Assembly: GCA_963761405.1 (NCBI GenBank)
Contig: CAVXHH010000010.1
Location: forward strand, 39,215-103,214
Origin: an uncultured Acidobacteriaceae bacterium
Lineage (GTDB): Bacteria; Acidobacteriota; Terriglobia; Terriglobales; Acidobacteriaceae
Direction of reading: 5' to 3'
DNA: 64,000 nucleotides
Made by a program: the position numbers and the translations under genes. This document shows, one piece after another, positions 1-11,840 of this stretch; the first letter of the stretch is position 1, and each line of letters begins with the position of its first letter. Under the pieces are notes generated by a model. It saw only the letters and a list, made by a program, of their open reading frames with translations. It was not told the DNA's origin and did not search any database.

Positions 1-1
1 G

Positions 2-289
2 TTGATCGATATTTTTCTCGCCGACTCCAACTCACTGCTGGAGCACGTCTCAAACGCGGTGACCCGTCAGGATCCAGCGGGTCTGGAACGCGCGGCGCAT
101 AAATTGAGAGGGTCGGTGAGCATTTTCGGCAGCCGTGCAGCCACCCAGGCCGCGCAGGAGCTGGAGACGATGGGCCACCACTCGGATCTACCTCACGCGA
201 AAGAAGTGTTTGCGCAACTCAAAAGTCAGATTGCAGAGCTGGAGGAAGCTTTGGGTGAATTGAGACAGGAAACATGGTCAGGGTCCTGA
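2..289 (+). CDS. Hpt (histidine-containing phosphotransfer) domain protein, C-terminal part; gene begins upstream of the window
   Basis: The frame is open from the window edge to the stop at 287-289. 'AAHKLRGSVSIFGS' matches the HxxKG phospho-histidine motif, and the sequence has the helical character of Hpt domains. Confidence 0.6.
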   Translation: MIDIFLADSNSLLEHVSNAVTRQDPAGLERAAHKLRGSVSIFGSRAATQAAQELETMGHHSDLPHAKEVFAQLKSQIAELEEALGELRQETWSGS

Positions 290-436
290 TCAGAACCAAC
301 CTGATTTTGTTCGGCCAAGCTATCTTCAAAACAAATCAACAAGTTGTATCGTCAAAATATGAGTGGATCCGCTGATTAGGACACCTCAAAACGACAACGG
401 AACCGGCAAAGCCGGAACTCGGCTGGTATGCTATAG

Positions 437-838
437 GTGGCTGTGAGCGTCGCACATAAAATCCGCCCTAACCTGTCCAGGCTCACCTTTGTCTTCCTGG
501 GGTTGGCGATTTCCGTATTTACCTGGGGCCTACAGTACAAGCTCTCCCTTTATGCTCCCCCCCACTCCACGTCCCATGACATCCCTGAAGCCAAGCTGCT
601 ATCGAGAGATGAACAGGTAACGGTCCGTGATGGTTTACTTGTAAGTAGCACGGAAGCCTGGCCCCTTCTCGTGCAGGTCGTATCGTTCGGTCTCTTGGCA
701 TTTGTCTTACTGCGCCTTAACCTCAGCGGCGCCCCGCGGCTCGGTTGCCAGGCACTTGAAGCGAAGCGCCCAAGGCGCGTTTCCTGCCGCCCAGGTCTGA
801 ACGCCTTCTTTTTTCGTCCCCCTCCCGCCCTTAGCTAG
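437..838 (+). CDS. hypothetical small membrane protein
   Basis: 133-codon ORF (GTG start) with two hydrophobic segments (LTFVFLGLAISVFTWGL, LLVQVVSFGLLAFVLL), just upstream of the efflux operon. No family recognised. The R/P-rich tail weakens the call. Confidence 0.3.
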   Translation: MAVSVAHKIRPNLSRLTFVFLGLAISVFTWGLQYKLSLYAPPHSTSHDIPEAKLLSRDEQVTVRDGLLVSSTEAWPLLVQVVSFGLLAFVLLRLNLSGAPRLGCQALEAKRPRRVSCRPGLNAFFFRPPPALS

Positions 839-974
839 TTTCTCTTCCGAAAACACAAGCAGAACCATTCGGTTCAAGCCGAAACGCCGGTTGTCGCTGG
901 CGTGTCTCTGCGGGGTTAGTCCGTTATCGGGGCTTCGACCGGCCTTAAATCTATCGAATAGGTGCATTCCAGAT

Positions 975-2222
975 ATGCGAAAGCGAATCTCCTTGATTCT
1001 CGCCGTAGGCTTGGCGCTGCCTGTCCTTGCCGGTGTGATTGCGTGCAATTCCAGGAGCAGGAACTCGCAGGCGGATGCCGCGGAAATTCCGTCGGCAACC
1101 GTAGCCGCGGTCAAGCGGGGAAATATAGTACATACTCTCAATCTCGCCGGGCAGTTCCAGCCCTATCAGGTCATCGATGTTCACGCAAAAGTCTCCGGCT
1201 ATATCCGGCGCATTTACGTGGACATCGGTGACAAGGTCCGTCAGGGCCAGGTCGTGGCCGTCCTGGAAGTGCCGGAACTGAGCGCTCAATTGAAAGGCAC
1301 AGTAGCGGAAGTTGCCAGCCGGAAAGACGAAATCGCTCGCGCCCAGCAGGAAGTGCTGCGCGCGCAGTCCGAACACGCCTCCCTGCATGCCAACTACACC
1401 CGGCTGAAACAGGCCGCTGCTGGCCAACCCGGCTTGATCGCGGAGCAGGAACTGGATGACGCTCAATCGAAAGATTTGGCTTCGGAGGCTCAAATCGATG
1501 CAGCCAAGTCCGCGCTCAGCGCCGCCCGGCAAAACTTCGATGTTGCCGGCGCCGATAACGAGAGGGTCAGCGCTCTGGCGGATTACACCCGGGTCGTTGC
1601 CCCCATCGACGGCGTGATCATCTGGCGCTATGCCGATACCGGCGCCCTGATCCAGGCTGGCACCGCCTCCGATGTTCAATCCCTACCCCTGGTGAAGCTC
1701 TCGCAGAGCAGCTTGCTCCGCCTGCGCATTCCCGTTCCCGAAGATGCGGTCGAGTTCATCCACGTCGGGGCTCAGGTCAATGTGCAAGTGGATGCTGTCC
1801 ACCGCACCCTCGTGGGCAAGGTAGTTCGCTTTACCAGGGATATCAGCCTCGCTACGCGAACCATGGAAACCGAAATCGATGTCGAGAACAAAGACTTGTC
1901 CCTCACCCCCGGCATGTATGCCGACACCACCATCGAGTTGGAGCGAAGAGACCACGTCTTGACCATTCCCGTGCAAGCCGTCATCAACAACGGCAATCAA
2001 TCGTCGGTGCTCATCGTCGACGGTCAGAACCACGTGCAGACGCGGAATCTGACCCTCGGCTTGCAAGGTTCCAACCTGGTCGAAGTGAAGAATGGATTGG
2101 CGGAGGGAGATCGTGTCATCACCGGCGGGCAGGCGAACTACGAGGTGGGAGAAACCGTAAAACCGAGACTCGAACAGTTGCCGGCCTTCGACGTGAATGA
2201 AGAAAAGTCAGGGGGCGAGTAG
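975..2222 (+). CDS. efflux RND transporter periplasmic adaptor subunit (HlyD/AcrA-type membrane fusion protein)
   Basis: Lipoprotein-type signal MRKRISLILAVGLALPVLAGVIAC, a long coiled-coil segment, and a C-terminal beta-barrel pattern. ATG 975 was chosen inside ORF 891..2222. The stop lies 3 nt before the pump gene. Confidence 0.9.
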   Translation: MRKRISLILAVGLALPVLAGVIACNSRSRNSQADAAEIPSATVAAVKRGNIVHTLNLAGQFQPYQVIDVHAKVSGYIRRIYVDIGDKVRQGQVVAVLEVPELSAQLKGTVAEVASRKDEIARAQQEVLRAQSEHASLHANYTRLKQAAAGQPGLIAEQELDDAQSKDLASEAQIDAAKSALSAARQNFDVAGADNERVSALADYTRVVAPIDGVIIWRYADTGALIQAGTASDVQSLPLVKLSQSSLLRLRIPVPEDAVEFIHVGAQVNVQVDAVHRTLVGKVVRFTRDISLATRTMETEIDVENKDLSLTPGMYADTTIELERRDHVLTIPVQAVINNGNQSSVLIVDGQNHVQTRNLTLGLQGSNLVEVKNGLAEGDRVITGGQANYEVGETVKPRLEQLPAFDVNEEKSGGE

Positions 2223-2224
2223 CC

Positions 2225-5200
2225 ATGCCTAAGTTCGCTCTCAAGTATCCGTTCTTCATCATCATGATTTGTATGGTGATCATGGTGGTCGGCGTCACTA
2301 CCATTGCCGGTATGCCGGTGGACCTGTTTCCGAAAATCGATATTCCGGTGGTGGTGGTCGCGACCTTCTATTCCGGCATGCCCCCCCAGCAAATCGAAGC
2401 CGATATCACCGACACCTTCGAGCGCTTCTTCACCCTGGGCAGCAACATCGACCACATCGAGTCGCGATCGCTGACCGGCGTCAGCCTGATCAAGATCTAC
2501 TTCAAGCCGGGTACGGATGCCAATGCAGCCTTGAGCAATATCGCCAACCTGGCTCATGGCCGATCTGCGCCGATTACCCCCTGGCACCCTGCCTCCCGTC
2601 GTGCTCGGTATGGATGCATCGAGCCAGCCGGTGTGCCTGGTGACCTTGAAAGGGCAGGGGCTGAACGAGACCGAACTCAAGGATCTGGCCCAGTTCCAGG
2701 TGCGCAACCAGATTGCCAATGTGCCCGGCGCCTCTGTGCCCCAGCCCTATGGCGGACGCTACCGCCAGATCATGGTCTACGTCGATCCGCTCAAGCTGGA
2801 GGCGCACAACCTGAGCTTGATGGACGTGGTCCGTGCCGTGAATCAATCGAACCTCATCTTGCCCGCCGGCGATGTTCGCATCGGTCCCAAGGACTACAAC
2901 ATCTACGCCAATAGCCAGGTCACCACACCAGAGCTCATCAACGACCTCCCCCTGAAGTCGGTCGGCAATGCCTCCGTCATGGTAGGCGATATCGGCAAGG
3001 CGGAGGACTCGGGAACGCTTCAGACCAACATTGTGCGCATCGATGGCCAGCGTTCGGTCTATGTCCCAATCCTGAAGCAGGGCGGCGACAGCAACACCAT
3101 CACCATCGTCAACGGCATGAAGGCGGCGATCAAGAACCTGGTCGACATACCCGCGTCGCTCAAAACCGCCGTCGTCTTCGACCAGTCCATATTCGTCAAA
3201 TCCGCCATCAAGAACCTCATGAACGAGGGTGGCATCGGCCTGGTTCTTACCGCCTTGATGATCCTGTTGTTCCTGGGCAGCGTACGCGCTACCTTCGCGG
3301 TTCTCTTATCCATTCCCCTCTCCGCGCTCGCAGCCTTTATTTGCATCAGCGCCGGAGGCGGCTCTATCAACACCATGGTCCTGGCGGGGTTAGCGCTGGC
3401 CTTTTCCCGCTTGATCGATAACTCGGTCGTGGTGCTCGAAAACATCTTCCGCCACCTGGAGATGGGAGCCACGCCCGCGGTTGCGGCCGAGGTCGGTGGC
3501 AATGAGGTTCAATTGGCCGTGCTCGCTGCCACCTTCACGACCGCGATCGTGTTCTTTCCCGTTGCCCTCCTCTACGGAGTGAGCCGGTATCTCTTTACCG
3601 CCCTGGCACTGACTGTTGTCTTCGCCCTCTTTGCTTCCTATGCCGTAGCCATGACCGTAGTGCCGCTCTATTGCGCCCGGTTTATCAAGTCCGCTGACGT
3701 GGAACATGAACAAGTTGTGCAAACGGATGGCGCGGCCCTTCTGGCTCCAGCGCCAAACCAATCCTTCTTCCAAAGAATCGTTGCCAGTTTCAATCGCTGG
3801 TTCCAGAGAATGCTTGAACGGTACGTCGTAGTGGTGAATCGCTCCATATTGCGACCAGTCGCCACCGCCTTCGGCATCCTCGGCGTTGTCCTTCTCAGCT
3901 TTGCCTTATTTCCTTTGCTCGGCCGATCCTACTTTCCCCGCACTGACCCCGGTCAATTTGTCATTAATATCCACTGCCCCAGTGGAACCCGCATCGAGCT
4001 CAGCAACAATTACGTTGCCCAGGTGGAACAGGAGATTCGCGATGTGGTGCGTCCCCACGATCTGGATATGATCGTCTCCAATATCGGAATTACTCCCGAT
4101 CTCTCCGCCATCTATACCAGCAATTCGTCCATGGATACCGCGTTCGTGCAGGTGAGCCTGAAGCCGGGACACGAGATCGGAAGCTACGAATACATGGCCC
4201 GCGTGCGCAAAAAGCTCGCGAATGACATGCCTCAGTTGAGCACCTACTTCCAGGCCGGAGGATTGGTCGATTCCGTCATCAACCAGGGACTGCCGGCGCC
4301 GATCGATATTCAGGTAAGCGGCAACGACATGGATCAGTCGTTTGCCATTGCCAGCCGCATCGCCGCCCAGGTCAAGCAGCTCAAGGATGTCGGCGATGTG
4401 CTGATTCCTCAGAACCTGCGTTATCCCGGTGTGGCCCTCGACATAGATCGCGAACGAGCCAGCCTGATCGGGTTATCGCCCAAGGAGATCGTAGACAACG
4501 TCATTACCGCGCTCACTTCGAACGGCAGTGGTCGCGCCCAGTTACTGGATCGACCCCCGGACCGGGAATAACTACATGCTCACCGTGCAGTACTTCGACC
4601 AGAAGATCGCCCACATGAGCATGGACGACTTCAAGCAGATTCCCCTGCGGGCCGATGCCCAGGCTTCGTACACTCCCTTGCAATCGGTCGCGGCCATTAA
4701 GGAAATCAATACCCCTACGGAAGTGGATCACTATCAGATCCGGCGTGTGATTGACGTCTATGTGATGCCATCGACAGAAGCGCTGCAACACGTGAACCGC
4801 GAGGTCAACCAGATCATTGCCGGCGTCGAAAAGCCCAAGAACATCCGCGTCACGGTCCGCGGAAGCGTGATCAGCATGAATGAATCGTTCTTCCGCTTTG
4901 GCATTGGTCTGGTGCTCGCGATCGTGCTCGTATATCTCATCCTCATGGCTCAGTTCGCCTCCTTCGTCGATCCGTTCATCATCTTGATGGCCATTCCCCC
5001 TGGGCTCACTGGAGTGCTCATCATCCTGCTGCTCACCGGCAGCACCCTGAACGTGATGTCGCTGATGGGGGTGATCATGATGACTGGCATTGTGGTGTCG
5101 AACAGCATCCTCATCGTGGAGTTCGCCGGCCAACTTCATCAACAGGGCTTGAGCATCTCGGATGCGGTCGTGCAATCCTGCAAGATTCGCTTGCGTCCGA

Positions 5201-5415
5201 TTCTGATGACCTCGCTGGCCACGCTGCTGGGGATGATTCCGATGGCGCTGGGTCTCGAGGCCGGGAGCGAGCAATATGCGCCGCTCGCTCGCGCCATCAT
5301 CGGCGGCCTGGCCGTTTCCGTGGTGGCCACGGTCTTCCTGGTCCCCGCTGTCTACCTGATCATCCACGGCAAGGGCAAGCAGGCTCAGGCCGGGCAGGCA
5401 GGCACTCATGCCTGA
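2225..5415 (+). pseudogene. RND efflux permease (AcrB/CzcA-type, about 1060 aa) interrupted by two frame switches
   Basis: Three consecutive ORF pieces read as one 12-TM pump: 2225..~2555, ~2556..~4527 and ~4528..5415, each in a different frame. The junctions are ...ALSNIANLA / MADLRRLPPGTLPPVV and ...VITALTSNG / VAPSYWIDPRTGNNY. Confidence 0.85.
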
Positions 5416-5529
5416 CGACGCTCACCCGGCGTATCCGTCGCGGTTACGTTCTTTCTGGTCCCCGCCAAGCAGGCATCCGTCGATGGCCGGCGGAAGAACA
5501 AGAATGCGGTTGCACAAGAGGCATTAAGA

Positions 5530-6966
5530 ATGTCGAGAAGAAAAACGAATCCGCGTCATCATTTGTTAGTGATCCTGTCCCTGCTCGGCTGCGCAGCCGG
5601 CTCTGCGGCCCAGACGCCGGAGACTCATGCATCGCTGCCCGACGCTCCGCAGGTCCGCCTCATCGCCCAGGTTGGTCAATCGAATGTTCCTATGCCGCCG
5701 AAGCCCGCCAGCTCAGCGTCCGCGCCGCCGGCCGGCTCTCTTCCTCACTTGAATCGCGTGCAAGCCGAACAGATGGCCATCAAAAACAACCCCCGAATCA
5801 GCGTTGCCCATCTGCTCGCGTTAGCCCAGCATCAGGTCGTTCGCGAGTCACGAGCCGCCGAATTGCCAACCGCCACCGGGAGCATCACCGCCGTGGACGC
5901 AAAGGATGGCTCGCGTCTCTCATCCGGAACGATTACTGCCTCGCGCCTCTTTGAACACGCCGCCGCAGGCGGTAGCGGCACGCAATTGATCACCGATTTT
6001 GGACGAACCAAAAACCTGATCGCGTCTTCCCGGCTACAGGAAAAAGCGCAGAACGCGACCCTCCTCGCTACCACCGCGGATATTGTAGCCGCCACAGATC
6101 AGGCATTCTATGACGCACTGCAGGCCCAGGCCCTGCTGCGCGTGGCCCAGCAGAATGTCGACACCCGGCAGACGACGCAAACCCAGGTCGACCAGATGAC
6201 CAGGAACAACCTCAAGTCAACTCTCGATCTAAGCTTCGCGAACGTGAATCTCTCCCAGGCCAAATTGTTGCTGCTCGATGCCCAGAACAATCGCGATTCC
6301 ACCATGGCCGCCTTGGACGCAGTGTTGGGTCTCGATAGACAGGTTGTTTATCAGTTGGAAGACGAGACTACGCCCTTGCCGCCGCCGCCTCCGGACATCG
6401 AAGCGCTGACCCAGCTTGCTTTGCGGCAAAGGCCCGACCTGCAGGCGTTGGATTACGATCAGCAGGCAGCCGTTAAGTTCAGCCGGGCCCAGCGCGATCA
6501 GAGTTTCCCCACCATCAGCGCCGCGGGAACGGCCGGCAGTGTGCCCATTCGTCCCTCTCAGTTCTACAACTCCAACTGGTGGGGCGCTATCGGGGTAAAC
6601 CTCAATATCCCTATATTCACTGGCTTTCTCTATTCCGCCGAAGCTAAGGAAGCAACTCTTCGAGCGCAAGCCGGCGCAGAAAGGAGCCGCGATCTGCGAG
6701 ACCGGATCGTGCGCGATGTTCGTACCGCGTGGTTGGCCGCCAATACAGCATTCCAGCGCGTCAGCGTCACCGCCGAACTGTTGCAACAGGCGAATCTGGC
6801 ATTGACTCTCGCTCAGACACGATATCAGTTAGGGTTGAGTTCCATCGTGGAACTCAGCCAGGCGCAGTTCCAGCAAACCGACGCCGCCATCGGCAACGCC
6901 GACGCCCAGTATCAATACCGCCTCACCCTCGCGACCATCAACTATCAAATTGGCGCTACCCCATGA
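5530..6966 (+). CDS. TolC-family outer membrane efflux protein
   Basis: Signal peptide, two repeated alpha-helical/beta-barrel halves, and position after the adaptor and pump genes. The ORF is intact at 478 aa. Confidence 0.85.
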   Translation: MSRRKTNPRHHLLVILSLLGCAAGSAAQTPETHASLPDAPQVRLIAQVGQSNVPMPPKPASSASAPPAGSLPHLNRVQAEQMAIKNNPRISVAHLLALAQHQVVRESRAAELPTATGSITAVDAKDGSRLSSGTITASRLFEHAAAGGSGTQLITDFGRTKNLIASSRLQEKAQNATLLATTADIVAATDQAFYDALQAQALLRVAQQNVDTRQTTQTQVDQMTRNNLKSTLDLSFANVNLSQAKLLLLDAQNNRDSTMAALDAVLGLDRQVVYQLEDETTPLPPPPPDIEALTQLALRQRPDLQALDYDQQAAVKFSRAQRDQSFPTISAAGTAGSVPIRPSQFYNSNWWGAIGVNLNIPIFTGFLYSAEAKEATLRAQAGAERSRDLRDRIVRDVRTAWLAANTAFQRVSVTAELLQQANLALTLAQTRYQLGLSSIVELSQAQFQQTDAAIGNADAQYQYRLTLATINYQIGATP

Positions 6967-7168
6967 TCGAGCACTTAACACTGAAGGACCGCCTCCGCGA
7001 TATTGACTCCGCTGTCTCGACGAGGCGGTTACCATGCCGCTGATTGGTGAGAGACCAGAGCTGGATTTAAAGACCGTCGTCTACGGAACCGATTTTTCCA
7101 TCTTCTCCCAGAACGCAGGCCTTTACGCGGCCTTCCTCGCCGGACATTTCTCAACGGTGTTGATGGTA

Positions 7169-9504
7169 TCACGGCCGCTCTGGCCACGCGTGCCGGGGAT
7201 AGCGGCGCATCAGCTCGCGGCGGACTTGCGGATACAGCCGCTCCCAGAATCCTGCGAGATCGGAAGTGGTTTGCACCGCCCGCTGATTCGGCGCCAGCAG
7301 GTGGACCACCACAGGGTGTCTGCGCCGGCCCAATCCGCGGCGTTTCCCGCATGCCAAAGAAATCCTGCAAGCGGGAGGCGATCCAGGGCGGCTTGCCGGC
7401 TTCGTAGTGAACTTTCGTCTGCCGCCCATTCGGCAATCGAATGCGCGTGGGCGCGATCTCGTTCCAGCCTTCGCGCAACCATCTTTTGCTCCAGCAACGG
7501 ACACAGGTTTGCCGCCGCGTTCTTCAACTTCGTTGAAGCTTCGCAGCCCCAGGCACAAGCGTTTCAGGGCCTGTGGAATGTCAGGCGGCTCGAAGCCGGC
7601 GAACTGAACCCGCGCCACGAACTCATCAAGCGTCTCCTTATCGACAAAGCGATCGATGCCCGCTTCCAATGCTTTTTGCGCCAGCAGCTCGGCTGCGGCC
7701 TCCGCGTCCGGATGCCGCTCCTCGCGATTCCTGTATCACCAGCTCGTCATACAGCAGCGCGCTCACGGCTTCGACTCGCTCACCTCGCGCGGTTCCACTC
7801 CACGCCGGATTTCTCCCGCACATTTTCCGGAAATAACTCGATCAGCCACTCCGGCTCGATGCGCGCCGTCATACGAATCAACGGCAGCGGCTTATCCTTG
7901 CGATCCTCGGCATCGACCGCCACCATGAATTCGTAACGCGGCGGGTCGCCCGCCACCTCCGCCGAACCGCCTGTCGAGAGCAGCACCTGGTTGCCTGCGC
8001 GCCGCCGCGCCACCCGATCCGGAAACCCCGCCAGTACAGACATCAACAACGCGTCGTCGTTGTGGCTCGTCTGCCGGGCAGGGCGAGCAATTCTGCGCAG
8101 CTGTTCTACCTGCTGCCGGGTCCGGTAATCCTGATCGGAGTCGATGGCCGCCAGCAGATCATTTTTCTCCGAGCGCGCGCCCGACCCCAGCAGCGCCGCC
8201 GCGACGCAACCGTCTTCGCCCACCCCGCGCTCCATCGCCGCGATGAGAATGCGCGACAAGCCGCGGATGCAGTGGATACCGCGCCAGCTGCTGCACCAGG
8301 CTCTTCGGTGGCGCCCAGGCGGTCGAGCAGAGACTCGGCGCTTTCTACTGCCTCCGGCGGCGCATCCAACCATGCGAGGTCGATGGGACGAAGTTGCATC
8401 GCCCGCAGAGCAAGGCAAAGCTGGGAGAGATCGCTGCGCGCGATCTCCGGTGCGTCGTGTTCTGGCCGGCGCTGATAATCCTCCATCCCGTATAGAGACG
8501 CAGCACCCGGCCTGGCCCGGTACGTCCCGCTCGCCCTGCTCTTTGCGTTGCCGAGGCCTTGCTCACCCGGCCGACCTGCAGCGTCGGCAATCCTGTCCAT
8601 TGGGAGTGAGTCGCAATGCGCGCCAATCCGCTATCGATGACGGCGTTGACACCCTCGACCGTCACTGAGCTTTCCGCAACATTCGTAGCCAGAATTACTT
8701 TTCGTTGTTCAGCAGGCATGATCGCGCGATCCTGTTCCGCAGGGGACAGGTCGCCATGCAGCGGCAGCACCAGCAAATTAGCCCGCCGCGCGACGGTCTG
8801 GCTCTCGCGCATGGCGCGCCGGATCTCCGCGGCCCCGGGCAAAAAAGCCAGTACATCGCCCGAAGGATCTTCCGCGATCAGCAGCTCGAGCGCCTCCGTC
8901 AACTGTGTCTCCAGAGGCTCTTAGGGGAGTAGGGCAGATGCCGGATCGAAACCTCGAACAATCGTCCCTCTGACCGCAGGACCGGACAGCCGCCAAGATA
9001 TTCCGCGACATGACCCGGTATCGAGCGTCGCCGACATGACGATGATCCGCAGGCCCGGCCGCGTCTGCTGCAGGCGCTTGAGCAATGCCAGCGCGAGATC
9101 GCTCTCCAGGTGGCGTTCATGGAACTCATCCAGCACCACGGCCCCAACGCCCTTCAGCGTCGGATCGGAGAGCAGCCGTCGCGTGAGCACTCCTTCGGTA
9201 ACAAATCGCAACCCGAGTCCGTGAGCCCAATGGCCTCTTCAAACCGAACCTGGTAACCAGTGGTCTGGCCAACCGGTTCGCCCATCTCCCAGGCCACACG
9301 CCGCGCCGCCAATCGGGCAGCGATCCGCCGCGGTTCGAGCACAACCACTTCACCACTCACAATTTCAAGCAAAGCCGGCGGCACGCGGGTCGTCTTACCC
9401 GCGCCAGGCGGTGCCTCAATGACAAGGTTCGGACAATCGCGTAAAGACTCAATGATCTCCGGCAGAATCGCGTCCACCGGAAGTACAGGTTTGCTGATCA
9501 CCAA
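7169..9504 (-). pseudogene. hrpB: ATP-dependent RNA helicase HrpB (DEAH-box), fragmented by about 10 frame switches
   Basis: Minus-strand ORF pieces carry, in order, [37 protein letters not shown], and the HrpB C-terminal domain ending ...FWERLYPQVRRELMRRYPRHAWPE. The pieces are 9154..9504, 8921..9211, 8899..9147, 8345..8902, 8106..8600, 7780..8418, 7638..7823, 7169..7669, 7210..7527 and 7029..7478. They lie in alternating frames. Confidence 0.85.
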
Positions 9505-9597
9505 TTTTCATCGAAACACGCCCTTCGCAACCGTCAACGGGCCACGTCCTTTCCACCCTCTCCCCCATGCTTGCCCGACCCTCTGCTCTGCGAACTC

Positions 9598-9711
9598 GAG
9601 CAGTTTCACAATTGGTTTACACCAAAGCCGCCAACGTTTACGTGGTTTTCTCTCAAAGAAAACCACACCTCGCTGCTCTTACCAGACCTCTGTAATTGCG
9701 AAAATGCTTTA
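9598..9711. repeat. MITE-like element, short form (copy A)
   Basis: Termini are GAGCAGTTTCACAATT ... AATTGCGAAAATGCTTTA. The central hairpin is GTGGTTTTC-TCTCAAA-GAAAACCAC. About 85-90% identical by eye to copies at 19871 and 63358 (the latter inverted). Confidence 0.8.
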
Positions 9712-9722
9712 AACTTCTCCCC

Positions 9723-10547
9723 ATGATGTTCACGATGCCTCGAATACTCTCAAACTCACGGCTGCGGCTGTGCTTCTTTCTCTCGCGACTGCTCCTATGC
9801 AAGCGCAAGACTGGGCCAGGAACGCGCCTCGATGCATCGCCCCGCCATCACGAGTACGTCGCCTTCAAGCATGGCAGATCGTACCGTCCAGGCCTTCGTG
9901 GTTTACCCGAAGTCAAGACCAAGGCCCCAGTCGTCGTTCTGATCCACGAGATCTTCGGCCTCAGCGACTGGGCTAAGGAGATGGCCGACGAGCTGGCCGC
10001 ACAGGGATTCATCGTAATCGCTCCCGACCTGCTCTCCGGCTTCGGACCCCACGGCGGTGGCTCGAGTGAATTTTCCGAGCCAGGATGCCGCGGTAAAGGC
10101 TGTCTCCGGACTGAATCCAGACATCGTGACTGCCGATCTCGACGCCGCCGCCGACTACGGCAAACATCTTCCCGCCGCCAACGGCAAAATCGCCGTGATC
10201 GGCTTCTGCTGGGGTGGCGGCAAAGTCCTTCGCCTTCGCCGCCCATCGCAAAGATCTCTCCGCCGCCTTTGTCTTCTACGGTCCTGGCCCCGCGGCAGCG
10301 GTGACCACCATCACCGCGCCCGTCTATGGCTTCTACGCCGGCAACGACGCGCGCATCGGCGCCACCATCCCGGCTACCACCGCAGCCATGAAGGCCGCCG
10401 GCAAGAAATATCGAGCCCGTCACCTACGACGGCGCCGGTCACGGCTTCATGCGCGCCGGCGAAGATCCCACCAACACGGTCCCCGGAAACAAGACTGCGC
10501 GCGAGGAAGGCTTCGCCCGGCTCGTCCAACTGCTTCAACGGATGTAG
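9723..10547 (+). pseudogene. dienelactone hydrolase family protein with signal peptide, about 7 frame switches
   Basis: Reading across frames gives MMFTMPRIL / KLTAAAVLLSLATAPMQAQDWARNA / RLDASPRHHEYVAFKHG / DRTVQAFVVYP / EVKTKAPVVVLIHEIFGLSDW... / PSQDAAVKAV...GFCWGGGK / SFAFAAHRKD...AAGKKY / EPVTYDGAGHGFMRAG...LLQRM*. Confidence 0.8.
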
Positions 10548-10565
10548 AACACGAAAGGGAACAAA

Positions 10566-11718
10566 ATGGCCAAGGTCGTCTCGGTCGAGGCGCGTACCGT
10601 ACATATTCCTCTGCGCGTGGCGACTGCCTTTGCGCGTCGCAAGGTAACCTCACGCGATTACAGCCTGGTAAAGATCCGCACCGACGACGGGATCGAAGGC
10701 ATCGGTCATTGCTACGCCGGCCATTCCGGCGGGCAATGTCGTGACCACGGCAGTGCGCGAAATGCTGGCGCCCATGCTGATCGGCGTTGACCCCTACGCG
10801 ACCGAACTGCACTGGAAGAATATGTATCAGGAAGTGTTGCTGCATGGCCGCGTCGGCTCAGTCATGCGGGCGCTCAGCATTCTCGATACGGCGCTATGGG
10901 ACAGAAACGCCAGGGCGGCCAATCTGCCCCTATACAAGTATCTCGGCGCCGCCTACGAGGACACGGTTCCCGCCTATGCCAGCGGCGGCTACTACCTCGA
11001 CGGCAAGACGCCCGAAATGCTGGGCGAAGAAATGGCCGGCTACGTAGCCCTCGGCCTTGACGCCGTGAAGATGAAGGTCGGCCGTGGTGATCTGAGGTCA
11101 GAAGAGGCCAGGATCGCAGCAGCGCGCAAGGCCATCGGGCCGGACGTGCTGCTCATGCTGGACGCCAACAATGCCTGGTCCGATGTACCGACAGCCTTGC
11201 GCTTCATCGAACGCTACGCGCCTTATGACCCCTATTGGGTGGAAGAGCCCTTCAACCCCGATCAGATCGACAACCACGCCAAACTGGCGGCGGCCATCAG
11301 CATTCCCGTAGCCACCGGCGAAATCGAGGCCGGACGCTGGCGCTTCAAGGAATTGCTGGACAAGCAGGCAGCGTCCATCCTGCAACCCGACGCCCTGGTC
11401 TGCGGCGGCATCTACCGAATTCCGCCGCATCGCTGCGCTGGCCGATGCCTACGGTGTCACCATCTGCCCCCACTGGTTCCACGATCTGCACGCACACATG
11501 GTGGCGGCCTCGCCCAACGGTCAATTCGTCGAATACTTCCCCGACGAAAAAGTATTCAATTTCGCGAGATTATCGACCGCCAACTGAAAGTGCGTAACGG
11601 CGGCCTGGCACTCACAACCGAGCCCGGCCTGGGCTATCAATTCGACGAAAAGGCAATTGCCCACGTTACCAGTCAGATGCCTGGAAGTAAGGTCTGGAAG
11701 CTGAGGGTGCCCGAGTGA
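10566..11718 (+). pseudogene. enolase-superfamily enzyme (mandelate racemase/muconate lactonizing family), about 3 frame switches
   Basis: Motifs KMKVG, MLDANNAW, WVEEP and ATGE are present. Frame switches lie near 10735, 11412 and 11565. The segment TEFRRIAALADAYGVTICPHWFHDLHAHMVAASPNGQFVEYFPDEKVFNF is in another frame. Confidence 0.8.
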
Positions 11719-11840
11719 GCCAGACGCGTTTGGGTGAGTATCCGCGGCAGTGCCGTGAAGCGCGCCCTGCAATTTTTATCCTTTCCGAATCAAAGATCGT
11801 GCTTCGGTATCCAGACCCGACCTTCAAGGTAGAACGCCCC

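Noticed and set aside
6988-7029. Bidirectional terminator between TolC and hrpB (ACCGCCTC…GAGGCGGT)
   Set aside because: It has only an 8-bp stem with a 26-nt loop and no U-tract on either strand. This is too weak to call.
7034-7936. 300-aa plus-strand ORF overlapping the hrpB 3' region
   Set aside because: It is antisense to recognisable HrpB C-terminal peptide segments, has no motifs, and is arginine- and serine-rich. It is long only because hrpB is fragmented on the other strand.
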